Shown here: positions 39,364 through 50,325 of the stretch, piece after piece
How positions within the stretch are numbered: the stretch's first letter is position 1
How the letters are laid out: each line of letters begins with the position of its first letter
Assembly: GCA_030141605.1 (NCBI GenBank)
Contig: JAQGDQ010000012.1
Coordinates: 1,134,359-1,198,358 of the forward strand
Source of the DNA: Tubiluchus corallicola
Taxonomy: Eukaryota; Animalia; Priapulida
Length of the DNA stretch: 64,000 nt
Direction: 5' to 3'
Program-made: the position numbers and the translations under genes
The notes under the pieces: model-generated
What the model was told of the DNA's origin: nothing
Database searches by the model: none
The model's input: only the letters and a program-made list of their open reading frames with translations

Positions 39364-40461
39364 ATGTTCTGGCAACGATTTTATCATTTTAGCAAGCTTT
39401 CTATTTGCAAAAGTTTGCTAAAAATTAATGCTCACATCTCAGAACGCTTTCCCTGTGGTAAATTTAAAATGAGTAGTTTTAGTAAAGCAAAAGTTTATGT
39501 TACAGGAGTAGTACCACATATTGCTATTGAATTACTTGAAAAAGGTGGTTGTCAGGTTGAGCAGTGGAAGTCAGATAAATTGGTTCCCTTTGATGTGCTT
39601 CTTGAAGGTGTGCGAGGCGTTGACGCTTTATTTTGTAAGCTCACAGAAAAAATTGACAGCAAAGTTTTGGATGTAGCAGGTCCACAATTAAAAGTTATTG
39701 GAACAATGTCGGTTGGATACGAACACTTGGATATCCCAGAAATTAGAAAGAGAAACATCATCATTGGCTATACGCCCGAAGTTCTGACAGATGCAACTGC
39801 AGAACTAACTGTAGCTCTGTTACTGGCAACATCGAGGAGACTGATGGAGGCTGTACAAGAAGTTAAATGTGGAGGATGGGGAAGCTGGCAACCTCTATGG
39901 ATGTGTGGTAAAGGACTGAAGGATTCAACTGTTGGAATTGTTGGTGCTGGCAGAATTGGCCAAGGTGTTTTGGATAGACTGAAACCCTTCAAGGTAAAAC
40001 GATTTCTGTATTGCGATAGAAACAGAAAGCAAGCTGTTGATGAAAAAGGGGGCATACACGTCAATCTGGATATTCTTTTAGCTGAATCAGATTTCGTCGT
40101 TGTTTGCTGTGCTTCTACTACTGAGACTGCAGGATTGTTTAATGCAAACACTTTTAGAAAAATGAAATCTGATGCAATATTGATTAACACTAGTCGTGGT
40201 AATGTTGTGGATATGGATAATCTTGCAGATGCTCTAAAGACTGGTACCATCAGAGCAGCTGGTTTAGATGTAACTGTTCCTGAGCCACTACCTATTGATA
40301 GCCCATTACTTAGTTTAAAGAACTGTGTTGTTTTACCTCACATTGGTAGTGCAGTTTTAGAAACAAGAGCTGAAATGGCTGCATTGACTGCCAGAAACAT
40401 CTTAGCTGGACTTAAAGGCGAACCATTGCCTAGTGAACTTGTTGTACAAGGGTCATTATAA
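39364..40461 (+). CDS. GRHPR: Glyoxylate reductase/hydroxypyruvate reductase (D-2-hydroxyacid dehydrogenase family), single coding exon
   Basis: Uninterrupted ORF (the track begins at TTG 39322; first ATG 39364, second ATG 39469). Motifs AGPQLKVIGTMSVGYEHLD, GYTPEVLTDATAELTVALLLATSRR, WQPLWMCG (GRHPR-specific), Rossmann GAGRIG, and catalytic Arg (NTSRG), Glu (DVTVPEP) and His (LPHIGSA). A splice acceptor catcttacag ends at 39349, just before the first ATG. Confidence 0.95.
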   Translation: MFWQRFYHFSKLSICKSLLKINAHISERFPCGKFKMSSFSKAKVYVTGVVPHIAIELLEKGGCQVEQWKSDKLVPFDVLLEGVRGVDALFCKLTEKIDSKVLDVAGPQLKVIGTMSVGYEHLDIPEIRKRNIIIGYTPEVLTDATAELTVALLLATSRRLMEAVQEVKCGGWGSWQPLWMCGKGLKDSTVGIVGAGRIGQGVLDRLKPFKVKRFLYCDRNRKQAVDEKGGIHVNLDILLAESDFVVVCCASTTETAGLFNANTFRKMKSDAILINTSRGNVVDMDNLADALKTGTIRAAGLDVTVPEPLPIDSPLLSLKNCVVLPHIGSAVLETRAEMAALTARNILAGLKGEPLPSELVVQGSL

Positions 40462-42182
40462 CGACTAAATTTATTTTATGAGTGCTGTAATCCATATTAA
40501 AGTTTCATCTTCAGTCTTCACCAATTGCTCGTAACTGCCACTTCATGCAGGCATCTTAAAATAGCTTTTTACAATCATGAACTGTCTATAAATTATTGTT
40601 GGGCTCAAATTTTGTATAATTTACCTCACTTGTAATACTCAATTATTTATGAGGCTACATTTTATTTTAACCGTTGTGTGTATATATTGTCTAAATTCAA
40701 AATATATGAGTCTACTTGCATCTTGTGATGTGTGGTTGTAAAAATTTAAAACCGGTACACAAGTTGAATGTGCCATTGCAGCTCTGGGTTATATGGAATT
40801 CTATATACACATATAATATGTAGCACAGATATATGGGAATCAGCTGCTCTAAACATGTGCAAAATATTGTTTTGTTTAGACTATGAGCCTGCTATGTAGA
40901 GGATTTTCTTTATGACAACAAATGACAAGTTCATTAATTGCCACTATTTTATATAAACTTTTTATCATATACATAGTACATATGAATTAATTTGACAGTA
41001 AGAAGTAATTGCATACTATAGTACAGTACTAGCTTCAACAAGTGCCAACCAGACTACAGTTAAAATTTCAACTCCTGTTGTAAAAGCTGCAAGGTATTCA
41101 AAACTTTAAGCTGTATAGGTATATGTTACGATTTTGGGCCACTCAGTAATCAGTGGCAGATAATTGATTAGCACTTGATATTTAATATGATTCTTGGGCA
41201 GATAATAAATTAGTCTTTGAGATGATTAATATGTACAATTGTACATTAGTGAGCGACTTTCAGTGCAGTGAAGTCTCTGGAATACGGAACAGAGACTTCT
41301 TGGCAGTTCAGCAACGAATTAATATTGCATGCTTTTTCTCAGCGAAACATTTGGCAATGCTTCAGCAATGCAAACATTAAGACTGATCTTCGGCTTTGAC
41401 ACCCTTGCATTTAACTACTTGTAAGTACCAATCTGATCTTAATTTAAACTATCAAAATTTATAGTAGCCTTTAACACGATACTCATTATCCTTTTTGGCA
41501 GCGAGGTGGACTTTGTTGGTAATCCTACCTACTGCAAAATAGTGGTCACTATAATGCACTTTTGAGCAGTTAAAAACGGGACAAGTTGTTATCTCTAATG
41601 CAGGGGAACTTTACTGTTTTTTTTTTTGAAATTACAAGGAACTAGAAGTAATGAGCTGCAAAAATTATGATACCGTAAACAAGTTCCTAATTTTTAGAAA
41701 TGTTTTGATTAAACATAGCACAAATTAATTTATTTTACGAATTACAACTTATTTTTGGTTTGTTGCATATCACTATTTGAATCTCAATTTCTATTTTGTT
41801 CTAATGTGACGGTTGTCATACTCGGTATTCTCTTGACCTAGAACATCTCTCTCTTATTTCCTCACAGTGGGAAGTTAACAATAAACTTGATAATTCAAAA
41901 ATTTCAAATGATGTACAAAAATGTGTTTAATACAGCCATGTAAGCTTATTATGGTTTACATACAAAATAACTTTCTTTGTGAACAATCATTTACATATGC
42001 ACATACACTATGTATCATAAACTTCATTTAAAATTTTTCCATAGTATGTCTCAGGATACTGTGGTGTAATTTATTACTGGTCTGATAAAAGCAACAATAA
42101 TGATCATCAGATGCCTTCTCAATGTGACACAGTAGCTATTAAAGCTTGTTATCATACCAGTTTTAGTCCAAAAACAATATTC

Positions 42183-45100
42183 CTATTGCCTAACTTTAAC
42201 ATTCCACCATTTAAATCTGAAAGGTTTTCTCCGCTGATTGGTTCCACAGTGAATGCCACCGTCAAAAATATGAAAAGCATTCCAGTCATCAACAAAATGA
42301 GTGGTGAGGCCGTGTGGTTCAAATTTTTTGCTGACATACGCTTCCAGTACATCTACGCCATTTACAACAGGCCCGAATGGTTTAGGTATGATAAGTTGGT
42401 TGTTCACAACCAGCATGTTTACCATGTCTGTAAAAAAGAAAAAATTGTATTTTCTATTCCATAATATATTTTATAATATTTTATCTTTTATCTACCAGTA
42501 CAATTAGTCGTTTTGTTTTACAGTAAAACAAGGTACATTTTGACTTATTGTGAATATTGTACAGTTTTTGTTAGATAACAGCAAATCGTCAATCACTTTA
42601 TCTAGTTGTCGACATACTGACATACTCGGAAAATATGAAGATGCTCTAAAACTGCCAATAATTGTGTCTTCCACAAAGAGAAAAAGAACTGGTATCTCTA
42701 AAACGTCTTCGTCAGTTATTCCTAGTTCGTTCTTGAGGATTTCCCTGTTCATGTCAATGTAATGCTGTAAAAGACAATAGAATCAAGGTTATTAGCAAAA
42801 AGTGGAATTAAAAATTATTTTACTTTGAATTAGTCCATTTTGGCTTGAGCATATTTTCTTTAAAAATGAAATGTATATTACAAGTGCATTTATATGTATA
42901 TTTAGCTTTTATATTACACCATTTGTTAGACGTACCTGGCATTCCATATTATCAGAGTAAAGCATATCATCGGTAGCTATCCTATGCACGCTTATAGTTG
43001 CCTTGCCCTGGTAGTAGGCATGCTTCTTTCCTGAAAACAGCTTCAATGCGCGAGTGCTTTTGTTTTTTGTGAGTCCATCAATAATGTCGTAGAAAGCCTG
43101 TGGACTGGCCAGCACTACCTTAAAGCCCTAAAAAACTTGATTATCAGCTCAGCAAGACTTCAAAAATTATAATTATCCAGAAATTTCAAAATGTACTTAA
43201 ATAAGTGACAGCATTTATTTAGACTTGGTGCATCCTAAAATTCTGTTCTGTAGTATTACTAGTATGTTAATTCCAGCATGATGCCATGCTTAAGAAACTT
43301 ATGGGCTCGCTAATACTGGTCCAAGTCATCCATCATTTGATTGTCTGTGTGCATGTTTGTTGCAGTGCAATAGTATAAGAGAATAGTATTTTGAGATCAA
43401 GAACATATTAAGATCATTTATCCACCAGCTTGGAACTAGGTTCCATATTAACACATCAGTACAGTAGCAGTGAAACCTAGCTAAATGAAATACTAAGTGA
43501 AGCCTAAAAAAGCATTCTTGTTGCTAACAGATCGTCCTAAATAAGATAATTATGGTAATTATATATTATGGTCACTTGGATGTTAGGAGCTTTGGTGATA
43601 AAAGGGAATTTGTGGTCAGCAAAGAGGTGCATAAAGAGTGATTTCAACTGGGGATTAGTATGCATGGTACATTAGCTATTGTGGAGATTCTAAGAACAAT
43701 TTAGGATACCAGTGTATTGCTTACCTTGCTGTTATTGGATGGAACAAAGGTAACAAATTCATCAACATGGCCGACATACAGCCAGTCCGAGTAGAGCTTC
43801 ACTGGACTTTGCACTTTCTGAGCTTTAAGGAAAAACCAGAGCTTGTCAGAGAGTACTCTTACATCTTTTGCATATCTGCAACACACGTAAAGTGTGCATA
43901 ACTTGCAGCTCTGCTCCAACTATTAAACTTTGCTGTTGCTTGGTTGTGGTATACATATACAAGGAATGACTTGGTTGAAGATGGTTAGAAAAGAAAAGCA
44001 GAGTAAAAATGCTAGTGAGAAAAATTTTGAACTAGACATGATGAGAGAGGAGAAAGTAAGGATTGTCACCAGTGAGTATAACCATAAGACAAAAAATGGA
44101 GAATGTAAAAAACAATGTTACTATATCATAATATCAGTACGTCTGGGCAATAGTTACTATGGGTAGACAACAGAAACAAGAACGCTCAAAAAATCTTTTT
44201 CCTGATACTTTGTACTGTTTACGTGTGCCTCAAAGACTTGAAAATGGGATAAAACAAATTAAATTGCTTTGGAATTGCATACTATGCTCACACCCTGGAT
44301 CTCCATTTCCTATCAAGATTCGTCCAAGTGGATATTCTATTCCATTAACGGTCACTGGTGGACTGACCTCTAAGTTACCAAAGTAGTCTAATTCAGTGAA
44401 GTCGCTATGGTTGTCATCTTGGAAAATATCTACGAATCCAACATTGGGCCCCTATCGTTAAAGTAAAAAATTTGAAAATGTATTCAACCTACTGTACATA
44501 TGTAACTACATGCTAGATGGTATATAAGTGTTCGATCACAATCTATAACCCAACATGTGCACAAAGAATTAAGAAATTAAGGTCATAATAAAACTCTTTT
44601 CGCAATAGATAAAGCTCACAATAGTTCAGAAAAAATAATGCAATAAAGAATCAATGACTTATATTGTTTTATTATTTCCGATTTTAGGTCTACTATATGA
44701 CTTTGACAAAATGTAGTACATGTATATAATTTAGTGTGTACCGAATGTTAACATTTTCATTAATAGGAACAAGTAATAAAATGCTTGGTCCATTTGACTC
44801 TCATTGTCTTTATTAAATATACCTAATACGTGCAACTTACCAATTCTTGCTTAGCACCGTATTGGTTTAATCCTTTTCCAGTGTCTCTGGGTGAGGACAA
44901 AACAACAGCCATCGGATGATGCTGAGGCATTTCAGCATAGCCAAACTCTAATTGGTCCTATTACAAAAAATCATTAAGCGTATACAGTAAGAAATTGTAT
45001 ACGGTAATACAGTAAGTGTGCATCTCGAATCGCTCACATAGTCCGTTTATTCATCATGCCATCAGTTCATTCGTCGACTCATACATTTATGGTACTTTTA

Positions 45101-48100
45101 ACAGAAATCTTATTCTTTCAATCCATATGTGACGAACATACAGCAAAGTGTTTGGTTACCATATGCAATGTGTGTTTCTGTTTGATCACTGCTGGCGTGG
45201 TTATGCTGCTCATAGCCAACTGGTCATTTAAAGCCTTTCATGTATTTTTTAATACAGTTTGGCACCTTGCAAACTGGAATCCAGCCCTCAGTAGCATGGC
45301 CTACTTAATGTGGATGGTTGTGGTGGATCAAAACCTTGCTCATTGTCAAAAGTAAGCTTCTGTGGCTCATTATCAAAATGTGATGATAGATGTTGAACTG
45401 GCATGGTAAATGAAATTGCCAAGAGCAAATATTGACCATTGGGGTTATGAATCCATCCAATCACTGACCAGTCATGGAGTTGCTTAAATTTGGCTAAGGA
45501 TGCACCGTGACAACGACTCAGCTTATCATCTTTTGGAAAGACAAATGAAGGGTAGAAACTTCACTATGAAAATTGTACAAAGAGAGCACCAAACTTTTTC
45601 TATCCTGCGGGGCTGCACTATAAGAATCAGAAGACATCACCTAATGTGTGGCTGTCCAAGTAAGAAACAACATGCAATACATTGAGAACTTGGTGGTGAA
45701 ACGATGACGAAGGAGACTGATGCGACAACACTGACTTTAGTAACGGCATAGGAATGATATTAGACAATGTGGCTCATAGATTGTAACCATCTTTGAGAAG
45801 AAAACATCTACTATCATTAGGAAAGGAAAACCACAAGCAAGCAGTCATACATTCACACACGATTTACTTACTCGTACAATCATCATTCAGTCATTTTTGG
45901 CCTTTATCCATTGCTCATTTGTCTATTCATTTCTTATCATAAGTCTCACTGGTGCAGCATTTATTTGTTAGCTGGTTGATTTGCTGGTTGGTTAACTGGT
46001 AATTTGGTTGATGGTTTGTTTGCTCAGTTTTCTGTATTTGTTTGTTAAACTATTTGTTGTGTTCACTTTCGCTCATTCCTTAGTCACATAGTGGTTTGCA
46101 AATAAGTTATCATCTTCAAATTATCAATCACAATTTCTTTATTGTGATGTTCTGCAAATAGTAACAGGGACAGAGACAAAAAGTTTTACTTGTATCCATC
46201 TGTCTCCATTGCATATTTTCTTCGGACACATACGGATTTCAACATTAGGCATGTCTTGCATTATGCCCTGAAGTTCAGCTAGGAAAGTTTTAGTTTGCCG
46301 GTTTACAACTCCATAGATGGTATCAGTTTGTAGAGTATTTGGTGTCATAATCCAAGGCGTTACTGTAAACAGGACTGAATCTTTGAAAATAAGAGATGCG
46401 CCCTGAAAGAGTAAAATTAACATTTACATTGAAAATTTTTTAATGATAATGACATATATAAGCTATCAATAAGCATTTATAATTGCATTTCTATCAAACA
46501 ATATATATGTTATATATTATGGAGACTTTTCAGGCAACAACTCATGGTCATTGATGAAGGGAGATCGGGATGGTTAACAATGTGGATCAAGCAGGGATGT
46601 GTAAATGTCAGGTTTCCTCTTTCTCTTGACAATTGACTATGTAAAGAGGATAGTGGAAGACAGCTGGAGGACGGACATAAGATTGAGGTTTTATACATTA
46701 CTTGAAGATTTGGATTTTCCAGATGATTTGGTGCTGGTCTCATTGGAGTTTGAATATAATACAGATGAAGACCACAAGGCTCATTAGGAAGCAGAGCAAG
46801 TAGGATTAGACTAAGCTGCAGGAAATGTAAAATGATGAGGTTGAACGCAGGGAGTAACATGAGGGTGAATGTGGGAGGTGAAGAGGTGGCAAGAGGATAT
46901 AGAAGAGTTTGTATACCTTGGAGCATAATGTCAAATACAGGTGAATGAACACAGGATGTGGTAAGCAAGGAATACCGGCATGAGGACGAAAGGTTGGTGC
47001 TATTGATTAGAAGCGAAACGTGGAAGACAATGAGGATGGAGGAGATAAGAAATGGGGAAGGGCAGTGAAAGCAGGAAAGAGGTATGTGGGATGGAGGAGT
47101 TGAAATGATACCAGAGCTGTGGCAAAGAACAGGAGGGTATCTCGACTGTATGTGTTCTGACATGGTAGATGCTAATTAAGTGAGTACAAGGCAATAACAA
47201 GGTTTGACAGTATCCTTACATAACTGTCAATACATTTGACGTTGATGTCTTAGTTGATTATATAATAGCCAGTATTGGGAACTTGCAAAAATGATTTCAT
47301 TCATTTAGTATTCGATTAATCTGTTCTAGATTTGTAGTTGGGCTTGCATTATTTTTCTCTGCAAATGCATTGCTGAGCAACATCTCATTTTTTTGTTCTG
47401 CGTTTTAGTAATCAGAACATTGAAATTTAGGCTGCATACTGTATAAACGCCTAGATAAAGATGAAAATGTCCGTCGAAGTCTCCATCAGGAAATTTCATG
47501 GCCTCAGCATAGAGCTTTACAACTCTTTTTCCTCTGTATGGAATATTCACACTATTTGAGCTAGATGGATTCAAGATGTTTTCTAGACTTTCAATTTGCC
47601 CTGCATACATAAAAAATATTTATATAGTGACAATCAAGAAGTATAATTTATTGTTTTTTTCTAAACTATGCTAAAAAGAATAAACACACCAAATAAATAA
47701 TTTTTCTCTTGATTATGGCGAGTTTTCAAAGTTTCACTCACCAAAAGAGTTAACATTAGCTTTGAATATCCTCACGAGATTCCGTTTCCTGTTTTCTGTG
47801 AATAAGAACATACTGTAGTCTGGCGGTAAAGTTGGTGGACCATCTGAAATTTGACACACTTGAATTTAAAGACACAACGACAGCAGTTTAGAAGTTTGAC
47901 CGGATGAATTGCATGCATGCATTGTCACCATTGATCCTGAATTTTCTTTTAAAAAATAAATAAATTTACGCCCGGTAAGAAGTAAAAAAAATTACAAATG
48001 AAATAATTTAAAAACTGGTCCTTGCTAGGCTCGTTTAACCTACATCTAAAGTTTTAAAGAATCTCACCCTTTAACTATTCCAATCGCTAGTTTTTGTTTT

Positions 48101-48398
48101 AGCCAACAGATGGCGCACAAAACAATTTATAAAACCAGAGAATTCATTTTTATACGTGCTTTAGCCCTAATGCTGAATTCACTGATAATTTTGCAAAACG
48201 TTTTTCTCTCTTTCTCGCTCTCTTCCTGTATCTCTTCCACATACCAGTTCTAATGATAACTGGACTCAAGTCCTTCAAATCGCGGCTTCCCGAAACCCAT
48301 TCGTCGTCCGAGTCACGCAACTTTGCATGATTTCGATCTCGGTCAACATTCGGAATGATGATTGCTCCATAGCCAGATGGACCCCATTGCCAAGAGTT
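42183..48398 (-). CDS. PADI: Peptidylarginine deiminase (animal PADI type; PAD_M and catalytic PAD_C domains), at least 10 coding exons (543 aa); the 5' exon(s) are uncertain
   Basis: Minus-strand exons 48245-48398, 47742-47843, 47440-47600, 46190-46402, 44841-44957, 44294-44451, 43725-43875, 42936-43127, 42626-42764, 42183-42427; all GT-AG, in phase and stop-free (1632 nt). PAD motifs: [46 protein letters not shown]|[113 protein letters not shown]. Confidence 0.95.
46530..47180 (+). mobile_element. RTE-like non-LTR retrotransposon RT fragment inside a PADI intron
   Basis: Fragments [34 protein letters not shown] (FADD-equivalent), [21 protein letters not shown]; frameshifted. Confidence 0.8.
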
Positions 48399-48689
48399 CT
48401 GAAGTTTAAGATATAATATATATATATATATATATATAACATGAAGATACTGTGAGCGAGAGTTACTGTTTTTTCCATTTAATCGTTTAATTTTTCATAA
48501 GTTTCGTCTTCATGTATATTCCATAAACTTTACATACATGTATTTACAAGTTCTTTCAGCAAAAAAATAAAACCGGTGTTTGTAAACAACTAACAAGTTA
48601 CATTACTAGAGAAATCCTAAACGTCACAATTGCTGTTTTATGTGCAAATTTAATAATTTTTTTACAGCGATGTATGTAACTGGATAGTC

Positions 48690-48930
48690 AGGGTGTGTCC
48701 TTAGCGACTGAAGTCAAGCAACGGTTGGTCTGTTTAGTAAATGGATGACTACCTACCACAGAAGTCACTTCTGGAAGGTATCTTTTGTCATACTGCTAAC
48801 TGTCCCAAGCTACTTTCTCATCCAGTGAGGATGTATGTAAATATGCATTCGAATGTTGTTAAAACTCTGCCCGTTCAGGGTTAAAATCTCAGACTGATAG
48901 GCCAGAACTATAAGCCATCAACAGTTAATA
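48690..48930 (+). mobile_element. Possible 5S rRNA-derived SINE remnant
   Basis: gactgaagtcaagcaacggttggtctgtttagtaaatggatga (~48707-48749) resembles the 5S internal control region (gaagttaagca...ggttagtacttggatgg) and is followed by a non-5S body. Too degenerate to be a 5S gene. Confidence 0.4.
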
Positions 48931-49623
48931 ATTATGCCTAGGCCCTGCCGTCGTTGGCCCAATGGTACAAAAAATATTTACAATGGAACCAAACGTGCGA
49001 GCGCTACTGACGCAGGCGTAACCAAATGACATTCGTTTTCACAACACCATAAGCTACTTTGAATTTACTGATAAAGAATTGAATTTAAGCAGACAGTTTT
49101 TTTACTTCAGCAGCGTGTACATGGAGCTGCTAAATTTTCTAGTAAGGTAGCTTTTGCGGTAATAGTAGGGTATCTTGTGTTTACAATATCGAGGTCTTCA
49201 TTAGAGTGCCTTATTACTGTCCACGCTAAGCAGTTTTTTATCTTTATCTTCTTTTTGTCGCGTGCTTGTTATCGATTTCGTTACTGTACATATGTGAACG
49301 CAGATTAGACTATACGAAGAAGCAGACCATTGAAATTTTTTGGAGAATTTGCCATACTCGGTACTTTTCACCATATTAATTTAGCGCTATCCGACACGCC
49401 GTTATGTATTGTTTACACAAAGTTTTAACAAATTGCCATCGCTCTTTTCGTATTGACTGATTCATTAAGTAAACAAACGCTCTTGTCTGGCTGCTTCCAA
49501 GCTTTCTGGAATCCATTACGTTGCATGCACATGCAATCATTTCACTTCCTCAATTGGACGAAGACACGTATGCAACCCATGGGCGGAGAGAGACACCAAG
49601 AATAAATGAGTTGTCTAACAAAC

Positions 49624-49692
49624 CTGACGTGTTTGACGTCTTCGTCGCACGTCAGAGGGAGCAATGTTCTTTCGGTCAACAGACTCCAACAT
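49624..49692 (-). CDS. Candidate first coding exon of PADI (MLESVDRKNIAPSDVRRRRQTRQ)
   Basis: ATG at 49692 with an in-frame TAA three codons upstream, followed by 23 codons ending at a CAG|GTTTGT phase-0 donor that fits the phase-0 acceptor at 48398. No homology support. Confidence 0.35.
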
Positions 49693-50325
49693 GCAATCTT
49701 AATTGGCTTCCGACACGCCAAGGAATGAGTTAAAATAATTGCCAAAGCAGTGGCGATGAAATTCAAACGAAGCTGTTTTTTCTCAACAGCTGATTAATTT
49801 TTTTTTGGATTTTGTGGCAGTATGGTTGATTAAAGCCGCCATAGAGTTGACGGATGGCTTGCTAACTTTAGTAAAATGTTTGATTTTTCGAGTTGTTAAG
49901 GATGGCCTTACGATCTCACTATAAACTTCAACTTCAAGAAGTGGCAAAAAGAAACATAATAACACAACTCTTAGTAAAAAATTGGCAAAAAAGAAAGTTA
50001 ATTAATTGATAAAACCTGTAAAATTTTGTGGTTATTACTGTTTAGATAACAGATTTAATGAAGAAATACCCAAGAGTAGTATTTCGCGCGCTACTTCTGT
50101 ATTGAGTATTATTTTTTTCTGACCTGCAAAAGCTGGAAAGTTAAGAGAGAGAGAGAGAGTATATTTTTTGCCATTAACCAAAAAAATGTCAAAATATTAT
50201 TAAACAGGAATTAAGGAATATTTTAAAGTATGTCCCAAAGAATTTTTACGCAAAGTCGTATTACTTAGCATTACGTTTATCTGTTCAAAAGAGATAATTT
50301 ATGTAACAGAGAAAGAAAATTCTTA

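Noticed and set aside
39552-40250. Antisense ORFs of 70 and 160 aa
   Set aside because: Shadow frames of the GRHPR coding sequence with no recognisable motifs.
40440-40461. Peroxisomal PTS1 at the GRHPR C-terminus
   Set aside because: Ends in GSL, which does not fit the [SAC][KRH][LM] consensus.
46510-47163. 217 aa minus-strand ORF within the PADI locus
   Set aside because: Antisense reading of a purine-rich RTE fragment; the PADI exons either side already join in phase without it.
25459-48398. Functional cluster linking IK (Arg-rich), GRHPR and PADI
   Set aside because: Adjacency in an animal genome is not evidence of shared function, and nothing in the sequence supports co-regulation with PADI.
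49542-49766. Signal-peptide-like ORF (NFIATALAIILTHSLAC...) as the leader of a secreted PADI
   Set aside because: It starts at TTG, not ATG, and at the shared donor (49623) this frame is phase 2, incompatible with the phase-0 acceptor at 48398.
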